Part shown: one piece after another, positions 44,677 through 56,239 of the stretch | How positions within the stretch are numbered: the first letter of the stretch is position 1 | Layout: each line of letters starts with the position of its first letter | Program-made: the position numbers and the translations under genes | Assembly: GCA_951406725.2 (NCBI GenBank) | Contig: OX597837.1 | Span: 34,286,001-34,350,000 of the forward strand | DNA from: Octopus vulgaris | Taxonomy: Eukaryota | Direction of reading: 5' to 3' | DNA length: 64,000 nt | Notes under the pieces: model-generated | Told to the model about the DNA's origin: nothing | The model's input: the letters and a program-made list of their open reading frames with translations, nothing else | Databases searched by the model: none

Positions 44677-45330
44677 GTATATACGCATGTATATATATAT
44701 ATACACACACACACACATATATATATACACACATACACACATCTACTGTCCTCCCTTCTTCCCTCTTTCACCTACACAGACCAAGTGGCGCCCTCTCTAC
44801 ACTCCGTAACTGTCTCTCCATTGCTACGGTAATCATGTCTTCTTTGTTATTACCGTTGTTGTTGTTGTTGCTGCTGCTCTTGTTGTTTAGCCCAAGGCAA
44901 GCAATCTATGATTAAGGCAATCCATGATGGAAAGTAATCCAGCCATGACCACCTCATCCTTTTCTTCCTACCTACAGTACAAGTCAGAAGTACTTGATCC
45001 AGTCGGATTCTTTGCTTAATCTATCAGGCTGTGATTTGAGGGAGATTTAGCTGCTGTTTCTAAATGGTTGAACTACAGCATAGAAAATCTTCGAAATCCA
45101 AAAGTCTCTTGAAAAGCTGCCACGGTAGAAATACGAACACATTGAGGCTATCTCTTTCTTTCCTTCTCTCCGATAATCTCTCTCTCCCTCTCTCCCTTTC
45201 TCTCTCTATTAATCTATCTAATAATCTCTCTTTTTCTCCGATAATCTTTCTCTCTCTCTCTCTCTCTCTCTCTCCTTCTCCCTCTTACTCTCAAATAATT
45301 TATCTATATGTCTATCTATCAATCAAATCA

Positions 45331-45484
<154 letters not shown>

Positions 45485-46053
45485 ATCTATCTATCTATCT
45501 ATTTCCCTTTCCACTAATCTATCTCTCTTCCTCAAATAATTTCTCTCTCCCTCTCTCTCTATCTCGTACTCCCCTAATCTCTCTTTCCTCACTCTCATCT
45601 ACTCTCTCCCCCCCTCTCTCTCTCTCTCACTCTCTCTCTCTCATGTGTATCTTTCACTTTCTCTTTCAGAGAAAGAAAAGTTCACGAAAGGCTGAAGACG
45701 GAAGGAAAAAAACGAAGATTCTGACGTCGTCACGCAAACCCTAACTCACACTGGAAACATCTAATGAAAATCCTTAAACAAACCTCATCCCAGTCCTTGC
45801 CTCAGCTCCAATCAACTTTCAAGAGTCTCACCGCATGGGCTCCATACTAAAGATTTTGTCCAATCCTTCCTCTTCCAAGCCGCATCGCTCTGAAATCGCT
45901 CCCACCCAAATCACACGACAGGCCAGACCTGCAAGCAACATAAACTTCAAGTTCAGTCGTATCGAACTCGAAATGGCCGGTCAGTCGACCTGCTAGAAAT
46001 ACCAATCAAATCTCCCTCAAGCCATATACTACTCTCTTAAAAAGAGAAGGCTA

Positions 46054-46476
46054 TACTCTTTTACTCTTTACTCTTTTACTTGTTTCAGTCATTTGACTGC
46101 GGCCATGCTGGAGCACCGCCTTTAATCGAGCAACTCGACCCCGGGACTTATTCTTTTGTAAGCCCAGTACTTATTCTATCGGTCTCTATTGCCGAACCGC
46201 TAAGTAACGGGGACGTAAACACACCAGCATCGGTTGTCAAGCAATGCTAGGGGGACAAACACAGACACACAAACATACACGCACACACACACATATATAT
46301 ATATACATATATACGACGGGCTTCTTTCAGTTTCCGTCTACCAAATCCACTCACAAGGCTTCGGTCGGCCCGAGGCTATAGAAGAAGGCACTTGCCCAAC
46401 ATGCCAAGCAGTGGGACTGAACCCGGAACCATGTGGTTGGTTAGCAAGCTACTTACCACACAGCCTCTGCTGCGCC
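46054..46476 (-). mobile_element. SINE family A, full length
   Basis: Reverse complement of the family consensus. Confidence 0.92.
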
Positions 46477-46499
46477 TAAATGTATACATGCATATATAC

Positions 46500-46913
46500 T
46501 TATTCTTATTTTTATAAGAATGCCATATTAGTATGGCGATAACTAATATTTTCCGGGAACGCTGCCGTTGTTCTCTTTTAGAGAGACTTAGTAATTTTAA
46601 TATTTCTATTATTGAAAACAAGTGGATGTATTCCACCGAAGCTAGGTAAATAAAACCTTTGAACAGAGATTGTCGGAAGCGACACCTACTGGTTTGGCTA
46701 CGCTGCATTGAAAAGGGGCAATACCCCGAAACGCGTCTGTAGCTGCCGGCCAAGTAGTGTGGAGCGACTGACCTCCCTTGTTCAAAGGTTATATGGATAC
46801 AGTTTGTGTATCAAATGGCTAACTTGGGGCGATGGCCTCATGGAGCTAGTGAGCGGACAGCTTTATTCTTATTTTTATAAGAATGCCATATTAGTATGGC
46901 GATAACTAATATT
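46500..46913 (+). mobile_element. Retrozyme-like or Penelope pLTR-like unit: 363-bp period bounded by identical 51-bp direct repeats, with a central hammerhead
   Basis: TTATTCTTATTTTTATAAGAATGCCATATTAGTATGGCGATAACTAATATT at 46500-46550 and 46863-46913. Confidence 0.75.
46702..46743 (+). ncRNA. Minimal type I hammerhead ribozyme with a compensatory U3-A8 core
   Basis: gctgca-TTGAAAA(46708-46714)-gggg caata cccc-GAAA(46728-46731)-CGC-GTC(46735-46737)-tgtagc. 6-bp stem I, 4-bp stem II and palindromic ACGCGT stem III. Confidence 0.8.
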
Positions 46914-46936
46914 ATATTTATATATATATACATATA

Positions 46937-47102
46937 TACGACAGGCTTCTTTCAGTTTCCGTCTACCAAATCCACTCACAAGGCTTTGGTCGATCCGAGG
47001 CTATAGCAGAAGACACGTGCCCAAGGTGCCACGCATTGGGACTGAACCCGGCACCATGTGGTTGGTTAGCAAGCTACTTACCACACAGCCACTCCTGCGC
47101 CT
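46937..47102 (-). mobile_element. SINE family A, 5' half
   Basis: Reverse-complement head. Confidence 0.88.
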
Positions 47103-47533
47103 ATGTTAAATTTATTTTACACTTTCATGCGTTTCTTCTTTTTGTTAAAACTATTCCAGTTCAACTTGCTGTTTTTCTGCATCTTCTTTCTTGATAGACA
47201 GTCGGGTGTGATTTGAGGGAGGTTTAGTCACACTTACTCGCCATAAATGGTACACAAACCTCCCTGTGAGATAATAAATAATAACAGTCAGTATTGGCGC
47301 AGGCGTAGCAGTGTGGCAAGAAGCATGCTTTTCAGCTATATGGTTCCGAGTTCAATCCCACTTCTTGGAACTTTGGCCAAGTGTCTTCTGCTATAGCAGT
47401 TGCCTTTTCGTTTTTACTTTTAAGAACTCTTTGTCTGGCTGTATTCTTTTTTTGTGATATTACCTGTAATGTATAAACTGCGGTATTCATCCGGAGATAA
47501 TCTCTTATGGACGTACTATGTTAAAAAAACCCA

Positions 47534-47900
47534 CGTGTGGTAAGTAGCTTGCCTCCCAACCACATGGTTCCGAGTTCAATCTCACTTCTTGGAACTTTGG
47601 CCAAGTGTCTTCTGCTATAGTCTCGGGCCGACCAAAGCCTTGTGAGTGGATCTGGTGGACGGAAACTGAAAGAAGCCCGTCGTATATGTGTATGTGTGTG
47701 TGTCTGTGCCTGTATTTGTCCACCACCACCACCACCACAACCATCACTTGACTACCGGTGTCGGTGTCTTTACATTCCCGTGATATAGCGGTTCGGCAAA
47801 AGACTCTGATAGAATAAGTACCAGGCTTAAAGAAAATGATGCTCCAGCATGGCCGCAGTCTAATTACTTAAACAAATAAATGATAAAGAAATAAAAGATA
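47534..47900 (+). mobile_element. SINE family A, diverged (its head is duplicated at 47296-47397)
   Basis: GGTTCCGAGTTCAAT.C.ACTTCTTGGAACTTTGGCCAAGTGTCTTCTGCTATAG occurs twice. Confidence 0.82.
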
Positions 47901-47921
47901 TCCAACGAAAATGACAATGGC

Positions 47922-48433
47922 TCATCATCATCATTGTTCGACCGTGATCGAGACAATGGAATTTACCATGCTACGCCAGACTTCACGGTCCATCATGGCA
48001 TTACGGAGGTCCTGTTGCTGGATGCCTGTATCCCTGGAGATTACATCAGGGTAGGAGAGTGTGCACCCTCTGGTATAGCGAGTAGATGGCTTCCAGAGGA
48101 GAAGAGTAGAAATTGCCTCGTTTTCAGCTCTACAACAATGTCCAGCAAACTGAACTCTCCTACCTTTCACAAGAGATGATACAGGTGGTAGTTTCCCATA
48201 TATTTGCATTTTGGTTGGATGGCACTCCACGAGAGATTTTGAGCTCTCATAAGGAGGCGAGTGTAGGTTCCATCCAACCGCCTCTCAAGCTTCTTTGATA
48301 ATGTCCAAGTTTCTGAGCCATATAGTAGAATTGGTTCGACTGTGGCTTTGAAGATTTCAAGTTTGAAGTCTCTACTTAGATTTGATGACCAGATCTTATG
48401 CATGTCATTACAGGCTGACCAGGCCATACCCTT
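47922..48433 (-). pseudogene. 5'-truncated RTE-clade LINE: RT C-terminus with one frameshift and a (TGA)n tail
   Basis: AWSACNDMHKIWSS.LSR.FKLEIFKATVEPILLYGSETWTL...RRVQFAGHCCR...AMMDREVWRSMV; LLYGSETW and DR..WR are RTE hallmarks. Confidence 0.92.
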
Positions 48434-48434
48434 G

Positions 48435-48900
48435 GCTAGCAGCCAATGAAAACGGGGAAATCGATCCCCAAACGAGGAGGACACCCAGACAAAATTCATA
48501 TATTGTGTCTGGCGGAATATGAATCGTCTGCCTATCATGAATTGCTAAACCGAATCAAAACAATTGCTGCAGAGAAATATTGTCTTCAACGAGAAGCTTT
48601 GCACAAAACTTTACAGTGAAAACGTCCATCATTGATCAGCCGTAAGGAGGGATATCTCTTACAAGACAATGCGAATCGACATTTTGCCAACGTCACTAAG
48701 TATGGAAGTTTTATCTCCATTTTCGTTACTCTCTTGATCTTACTCCGTCTGACTATCATCTTTTCAGATAATTGTGACATTATTTAGAGGGAAAACAGTG
48801 AAGAGGTTAAAAATTATAGTGTCTGTTTCTTTCCTCCCAAAGCGGAAGAATTTTTACAACCGACAATGAGGGGAAATATAATCTTCATTAAATAAATTAA
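48435..48900 (+). pseudogene. Mariner transposase catalytic-domain fragment, heavily decayed
   Basis: Pieces read CVW.NM, YHELL, TIAAEKYCLQ, KRPSLISRK, LLQDNANRH and YSLDLTPSDYHLF (YSPDLAPSDY motif). Confidence 0.85.
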
Positions 48901-49029
48901 TTAGCCTTGCTACTATAGGCACAAGGCCTGAAATTTTGAGTGGAGGTGGGGCTAAGTTTTAAGGAAGGGGTTAACTCGGACGAAATGCCCCTGGACATTT
49001 TGTTCAGCGTGCTGACAACTTTGTCGTCT

Positions 49030-49093
<64 letters not shown>

Positions 49094-49096
49094 GTA

Positions 49097-49147
<51 letters not shown>

Positions 49148-49171
49148 GTAATAATAATAATAATAATAATG

Positions 49172-49389
49172 TTGCCACAAGAGCAGCCATTTTGTGGGAG
49201 GGGATGAGTCGATGACATCGACCCCAGTACTCAACTGGAACTTAGTTTATCAACCCCGAAAGGAACGAAAGGCAAAGTCGACCTCGGTGGAGTTTGATCC
49301 CAGAACGTAAAGACGTTCGTCTTTACGTTCTGGGATCAAAATCCAAGCATTTTTGCCCGGCGTGCTAACGATTCGGCCATCTCGCCGCC
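49172..49389 (-). mobile_element. SINE family B, with a small internal inversion
   Basis: Minus head GGCGGCGAGATGGCCGAATCGTTAGCACGCCGGGC; internal palindrome GATCCCAGAACGTAAAGACG..CGTCTTTACGTTCTGGGATC. Confidence 0.82.
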
Positions 49390-49833
49390 AAAAATATGAA
49401 TCATGACCGAAGAAGCATTTGAATGTCACCCGTCGTGGATTGGTGGCAGGAATGGCTTTCCAACCACGTGTTTATCTTTTATGTTTTGCTTGTTTCAGTC
49501 ATTAGGCTGTGGCCATGCTGGGGCACCGCTTTGATGGGTTCGGCCGAACAAATTGATACCCAAGACTTTTTTTTTTATAAAGTTTGGATCATTTATCATC
49601 GATCTCTTTTGCCGAACTGCTAAATTACGGGAAGCTGAACAAACCAACACCGGTTGTCAAGCGGTAGTGAGGCACAAATAGAAACACAAAATCATACATG
49701 TAGACATACAGACACACACACACACACGCACACACACGCACGCACGCACGCACACACACACACACACACATGTATATATATATATATGTCTGTCTGTCTC
49801 TCTCTGTTTCTCTGTCTGTCTGTTTCTCTCTCA

Positions 49834-49866
<33 letters not shown>

Positions 49867-49879
49867 TACACACCATGAA

Positions 49880-50131
49880 GACACATGGCTCAGTAGTTAG
49901 AGCATCGGGCTTACAATCATGAGGTTGGGAGTTCGATTCCCGGAACGGGCTTTGTGTTGTGTTCTTATCTTATGCTGCTCCTGTTCGACCCCCCCGCCCT
50001 GGAGAGGGGAAGCTGGTATGCATCGGCGACAGCTGGTCTTCCATAAACAACCTTGCCTGGACTTGTGCCTGAGAGAGGAACTTTCTAGGTGCAATTTCCT
50101 GGTCATTCGTGACCAAAGGTGGGGGGGGGTT
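49880..50131 (+). mobile_element. tRNA-headed SINE (additional family)
   Basis: TGGCTCAGTAGTTAGAGCA A box and GAGTTCGATTCCC B box; inserted within a split family A copy (49480-49690 and 50141-50290, minus). Confidence 0.7.
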
Positions 50132-50320
50132 ATATATTCCACGGGCTTCTTTCAGTTCCCATCTACCAAATCACACTAACAAGGCTTTAGTCGCAATTAC
50201 AGTTGAAGACACTTGATCAAGGTGCCACGCAGTGGGACCGAACTCGGAACCATGTGATTGGGAGGAAACCTCTTACCACACAGTCACGCCTTTATACGCT
50301 TGATTATACGCACATAACCG

Positions 50321-50383
<63 letters not shown>

Positions 50384-50411
50384 GCACAACCACACAAACA
50401 CACACACACAC

Positions 50412-50511
<100 letters not shown>

Positions 50512-50682
50512 AACACACACACACACAACCACACACACACACAGAGAAGCGTATACCCACGCCCCCTGGTAGGAAACAAACCAAACTGCCATTGTCTCCG
50601 AAAAGGGATCAATTTTCCTTTCTTCTAATCCTTTTTTCTTCTTCTTCAAACCAATTTCTTTTATTCTTTAAAAGTCACCGCA

Positions 50683-50696
50683 GTTTCCATGGTAAC
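50683..50696. promoter_or_regulatory. RFX X-box motif in a unique-sequence island
   Basis: GTTTCCATGGTAAC fits the palindromic X-box consensus; motif match only. Confidence 0.4.
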
Positions 50697-51076
50697 TGTT
50701 GCAAAGACACATACAAAAAAAAAAACAACAAAACAACAAAACAAAGCAACTAAAATATATAAAAGAAAAAACGAATGCGGCGGCGGTGGGTTTGTCCTTT
50801 GTAATCTCTTTGCACTGTTGACCCTTGGCGGGAACAATAAAATAGGGGGCAATGCCCGATTACCATAAACCCATTCCTGTAATTAGAATAAGATCTCAAA
50901 ACTGCCAACGTCCAGTTTTAAATTACTCCCGCCCTCACTCACTCACTCTCTCTCTCTCGCTCCCTGTTTGTCCATCTGTCTGTCTGTCTGTCCCTCTCTC
51001 GCTCTCTCTCTCTCATTCTTTTGTTTTTCTATTTCATTTCTCTCGCGCTTGCTTTATCGTCCGCCTTTCTTTGTCT

Positions 51077-51131
<55 letters not shown>

Positions 51132-51443
51132 GTTTCTACATCTCTTTCACTCTCACTCTCTCTCTCTCTCCCTCTCTTTTCTGTTTCTACATCTCTTTCA
51201 CTCTCTCTCTCTCCCTCTCTTTTCTGTTTCTACATCTCTTTCACTCTCTCTATTCTTTATCCCTTCCCCTCTGTCTATGTCTCTCTAACCATCTTTCTTT
51301 CTTTCTCTCTCTCCCTCTCTCTTTTTCTCTCTATTTCTCATCCCGCTCGTTTCCCCTCTCATCCTACTGTTTCTTTCTATATCTATTTCTCTTCCCCTAC
51401 TCTCTGCCCCTTCCTCTCCCCCTCTCTCTCTCCTGTTTATAAC

Positions 51444-52421
51444 CAGGGGTCGCCAAGCTTTTATGACCATCGACTCCCTTTAGCCAATTCCCCTTCGGCA
51501 TCGACCCTCTTCAGCCACTTCTCCTTCGGCATCGCCACTTCTCCTTCGGCATCGACCACCCTCCTCATTTAAAATACCTTAACACCCTACCCTACCGAAC
51601 CATATCTTAAATGTGTACCGGGTACTGATGCTGGCAATTAAAATGTTAGCTAAAATACATGATAAATTAAGAAATTCTATAGAAGATGACTAACTTTTTG
51701 CGTTTAATACTACATAGGCGCAGGAGTGGCTGTGTGGTAAGTAGCTTGCTAACCAACCACATGGTTCCGGGTTCAGTCCCACTGCGTGGCACCTTGGGCA
51801 AGTGTCTTCTGCTATAGCCCCGGGCCGACCAATGCCTTGTGAGTGGATTTGGTAGACGGAAACTGAAAGAAGCCTGTCGTATATGTATATATATATGTAT
51901 ATGTATGTGTGTGTATGTGTTTGTGTGTCTGTGTTTGTCCCCCTAGCATTGCTTGACAACCGATGCTGGTGTGTTTACGTCCCCGTTACTTAGCGGTTCG
52001 GCAAAAGAGACCGATAGAATAAGTACTGGGCTTACAAAAAGAATAAGTCCCGGGGGTCGATTTGCTCGACTAAAAGCGGTGCTCCAGCATGGCCTACGTC
52101 AAATGACTGAAACAAGTAAAAGAGTAAAGAGTAAAGAGAGTGTGTGAGGATACAGTATTAAACTTTCAATTGTTATGAAATTATTTTCATGGTTTAAGGA
52201 CGTGAAAAACGCATCGTATTGATGGAATATCGTTTATTGAACTTGAGAACATCAATGGGAGGGAGGGAGGGACATTGCACTGACTAAGTATTTCAAACAG
52301 TTCATCTGAGTGAGATGGTCTTACGCACGCCGACCCCCATTCGATCCCTTGGCTATCATTGACCCCCTGTAATTCCTCGCCGACTCCGAGGGGTCCCTCG
52401 GATCCTCTTTGGTGACTGCTG
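51444..52421. mobile_element. hAT-like MITE with short TIRs and a nested SINE
   Basis: CAGGGGTCGCCAA ... TTGGTGACTGCTG imperfect TIRs and subterminal CGACCC-like repeats at both ends; no clean TSD. Confidence 0.6.
51717..52138 (+). mobile_element. SINE family A, full length
   Basis: Complete head through tail. Confidence 0.93.
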
Positions 52422-52473
<52 letters not shown>

Positions 52474-52489
52474 AGAGGTAGAGTAATAT

Positions 52490-52672
52490 GCTTTATTTAA
52501 AAGCAGCAGAAATTTAACAAAAGCTGTTACTCGGAGTTTCACATTCCCGTTCGTCGGACAGTTTTCTTAACAAAACTGTTATGACAAAACTGTTAACAAA
52601 ACTCTCTGACGAACGGGAACGTGAAACTCCGAGTAACAGCTTTTGTTACATTTCTGCTGCTTTTAAATAAAG
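52490..52672. mobile_element. Palindromic element with a hammerhead on each strand
   Basis: Plus: CTGACGA(52606-52612)-acg ggaa cgt-GAAA-CTCCGA-GTA(52633-52635)-acag. Minus: ctgt-CCGACGA-acgggaatgt-GAAACTCCGAGTA-acag. About 75-bp near-perfect arms. Confidence 0.8.
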
Positions 52673-52776
52673 TATATATATATATATATATATACATTCA
52701 AAATATGACTGCGTGTGTACCGTTGGCGATTTTTTTTCCCTCCGTCTTCCCTTCTCTATACCTTTCCTTTTCCTGT

Positions 52777-52811
52777 GTTTCTGACGAAGAGCTCCGCTCG
52801 AAACGTAAAAC
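52777..52811 (+). ncRNA. Minimal type I hammerhead ribozyme, intact core
   Basis: gttt-CTGACGA(52781-52787)-a gagc tcc gctc-GAAA(52800-52803)-C-GTA(52805-52807)-aaac. Confidence 0.78.
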
Positions 52812-52907
52812 CCTCCTTCTTCCCTTCTTTCCTGAGTGTCCAATAATACTATATTTGTTCCACGTCCTCGCGTTGTGTTTTCTCTTTGTGTTTTCATGTT
52901 TGAATTA

Positions 52908-52976
<69 letters not shown>

Positions 52977-53003
52977 ATTTTATTCAAATATATTCAAATG
53001 TTA

Positions 53004-53069
53004 TTCAAATTCAAAATGGCTGATGACTAGCATCACGCTTGAAACTCAAGAGTACCAACGAATTTGAAT
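53004..53069 (+). ncRNA. Type I hammerhead ribozyme, intact core
   Basis: ttcaaattc..tgg-CTGATGA(53020-53026)-ct agc atcac gct t-GAAA(53041-53044)-CTC AA GA-GTA(53052-53054)-cca..gaatttgaa. Stem I has an internal loop and a distal helix. Confidence 0.8.
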
Positions 53070-53445
53070 CAAACTGTTTTGATCCGTACATATATGTATA
53101 TATAACAGACGTTGATTGTTATTACCGTAATGTAGGCTACGATTGATTGAGGAAGGTTACACGGTGTCGTGGTTTCATGTTGGTATATGGGTAACAGTTA
53201 GTTGGAAAATACAGCATGGTGAACAGGAAATTGACCACACGAAGGACAGGAATTAGAACACATAGTGAATAGGAAATCAGTCAAGTTGTTGGGGGAGGGG
53301 AATAGAAAGGAGCGGCATGTGCAGATATATAGTTTTATATGTGGGTGTGTAGACGCGCTCATATGATTTTGCGTGCATGCGTGCGCATCTGTACATGGAC
53401 GTGCACGCGCACGCCTTCACACACACACACACACACACACACACA

Positions 53446-53748
53446 TCCAGCCATCTGTACATCTCCGATGATTTCCTGAAGAAAGGGTCCTAACCCATAA
53501 ATATTGAAAGACCAGTAAAGGTTGTAACCATCGAATGTCTTTGGAGTCTAAACCCTTTTTCTTCTGCGGATACCTGATACAACTACTATGCCAAGTCCAG
53601 CCATCTGTACATCTCCGATGATTTCCTGAAGAAAGGGTCCTAACCCATAAATATTGAAAGACCAGTAAAGGTTGTAACCATCGAATGTCTTTGGAGTCTA
53701 AACCCTTTTTCTTCTGCGGATACCTGATACAACTACTATGCCGAGTCC
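53446..53748 (+). repeat. Near-perfect 150-bp tandem dimer, each unit carrying a G12-mutated hammerhead-like motif
   Basis: Offset of exactly 150; tttc-CTGAAGA(53476, 53626)-aa gggt ccta accc a-TAAA-T-ATT-gaaa. Confidence 0.85.
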
Positions 53749-54619
53749 GTGGGTGTGCTTTCGTCTCTTTAGGATCGTTTTACTTTTGCGTGGGTTGTTG
53801 CGTATGCGACAACAAAAAAAAAAAGATTTTTCTTTATTGTTGTCAGGAACCTTGATCTTTGTGCAGATCGGCTGCAGACGTAGATATTTTTTTTTATATA
53901 CCTAGAAATAAACCACGAAACACCTGTAAGGTGCCGCAGATGAACGTGATTGTTTGTTGTCTTGAGATCTCACGTGACGAGCAAATCCGGTTTTGGACAA
54001 ACAGATTCTATTGCAAATATTCCAAATATATTCAGGTTGAAAAGCGTTTGAGATTGAGGTCAAGTTCTGTTGGCGAATTGATCGATATACAAGGGTTGAT
54101 CAAAATTATGGAACTTACTTTATCATTCTACCTTTATTCCTCCAGTAGACTGGAGGAATTAGTAGATGAAATTGAGGGATAAAGGTAAAATGAGGTATTT
54201 TTGCCTCTTCGCTGAAACAGCTGTAAGATATTTTCCCAATTTCTATTCCTGTATGTTATATATTTTAATAATTACTGGTATCTTTATGTATTATATATGT
54301 AAAGCATAATATGTTATACATGTATGTATATTGTTATAATGTCATTTTAGCAAATAAATAAATAAATAAATAAATAAATTGACATAATATAATGTCTAAA
54401 AGTTGATGAATACCACCTATTCATCCCCCAATCTTCTTATTCTTCTATAAATTAATGGTAAAATAACTATTTACCGTCACCCATTTAGTACATTCGGTAA
54501 TGTAATTGTAATGCAATAAAAAAACACTTGTGTATTAATAATTGGGTATTCTACCAGCAGTATATTGGATAGATATTATCCCTTAGTTGGTTGGATTCAC
54601 AACCTCTAATTTTCTTGGG

Positions 54620-54697
<78 letters not shown>

Positions 54698-54990
54698 AAA
54701 TGTGACAAGAACGCAAAACATGCAGACAGTTAGGTGATACAAAAAGGAACAACAAAACACCCAGATATACAATATAAAGAAAATAAGGACGGATCATTCG
54801 GCATTTTCTTTCCTCGGTCGAGTTCCAGGTTGTCTTTGCAATTTCGGCTGGTTTTGTATATATATATATATATATATATATACATACATGCATACATATA
54901 TATATATATACATATATACGAACATACATATATACATACATATATATATACATATATACGTACATACATATATACATACATATATAATAC

Positions 54991-55032
<42 letters not shown>

Positions 55033-55927
55033 TGAGAGAGAGATAGAGAGAGGGAGATAACAGTTAGATAAATAGATAGATAGACATATATATATATGTC
55101 TATATGTATGTGTGCGTATTATATACTTAAGCACATACATATATACAAGCATACATGCGTTCAACCACCTATCCATATATACATATATACACATGCATAC
55201 ACCATCACTATACACGACAACTTGGCGACCACCACTCACGACCACCACCAACCAACCAACATATCGTTTGACAAGACGGACGTAAACGGAATTAATTAAA
55301 ACGAACACCAATATTTCGTTTGGTCCAGTTTAAAGAAATAATTAACAAACAAAAAAAAAAAACCCCATAAAAGAACAGTAAATAACAGTAAAAAAATAAA
55401 TAAGAAAAAGCAGAACATGGTGATGATAGGCAGAGTAGGGGCCAAGGATCCGTGCCAAAACTAGATTTATCAGTTAACAAAACATAAAAACCTGGAAGAA
55501 AAAGTAAGGGAAAATGCCAGACCAATTCCACAGACAACATGGAACATCAATCCACTTTTACTTCTTTGATTAGTTTTTTTGTTTATGCATTTTATATTTG
55601 TTGTTGCAGTTTATTGTTTGTTGTTGTTGCTGTTGTTGTTGTTGGTGGTGGTGGTAGTGTTGTTGTTGTTGTTGTTAAGCCGTGGAAGGAAAAAAACGCG
55701 TGAACTCTGACCCCCGCAAACGAAGCGTTTGATTCCGGCCGAACCGAATGTTTCTGGTATTTTCTTAAGTGTTCAACCTTTCTTGTTGTTTTTGTTTTTT
55801 CTTCTGTCTGTCTGTTTGTCCAAGTGTGTGTGCGTGTGTGTGTATGTATATATGTGTGTTTGTATGTGTGTGTGTGCGTGTGTACGGGTGTGTGCGGGTA
55901 TATGAGTAATTATTCATACATATATGA

Positions 55928-55962
<35 letters not shown>

Positions 55963-56098
55963 TGTGTGTGTCTGTAAATATATATGCACACACCTACACA
56001 CCCCAAAACCCCACCCCCACATAACTTTTGTTATTTTGATAGGTTTTGGCGGCCATATTGACCGAGGGCATGCCTAAGTTAATAGTATCATATATATA

Positions 56099-56153
<55 letters not shown>

Positions 56154-56239
56154 CAAAAATCTGAATAGAGAAAATCATATCTTTAATTGTAGAATTCACC
56201 TTACAAAGCCAACAATTGTTTCTGTTGGATCAACATATT

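Noticed and set aside
54200-54235. GAAACAGCTGTAAG stem-III-like half motifs (also at 1582; GAAACACTTGTA at about 39925 minus)
   Set aside because: No matching upstream core or stem I could be found; possibly truncated relics, but unsupported.
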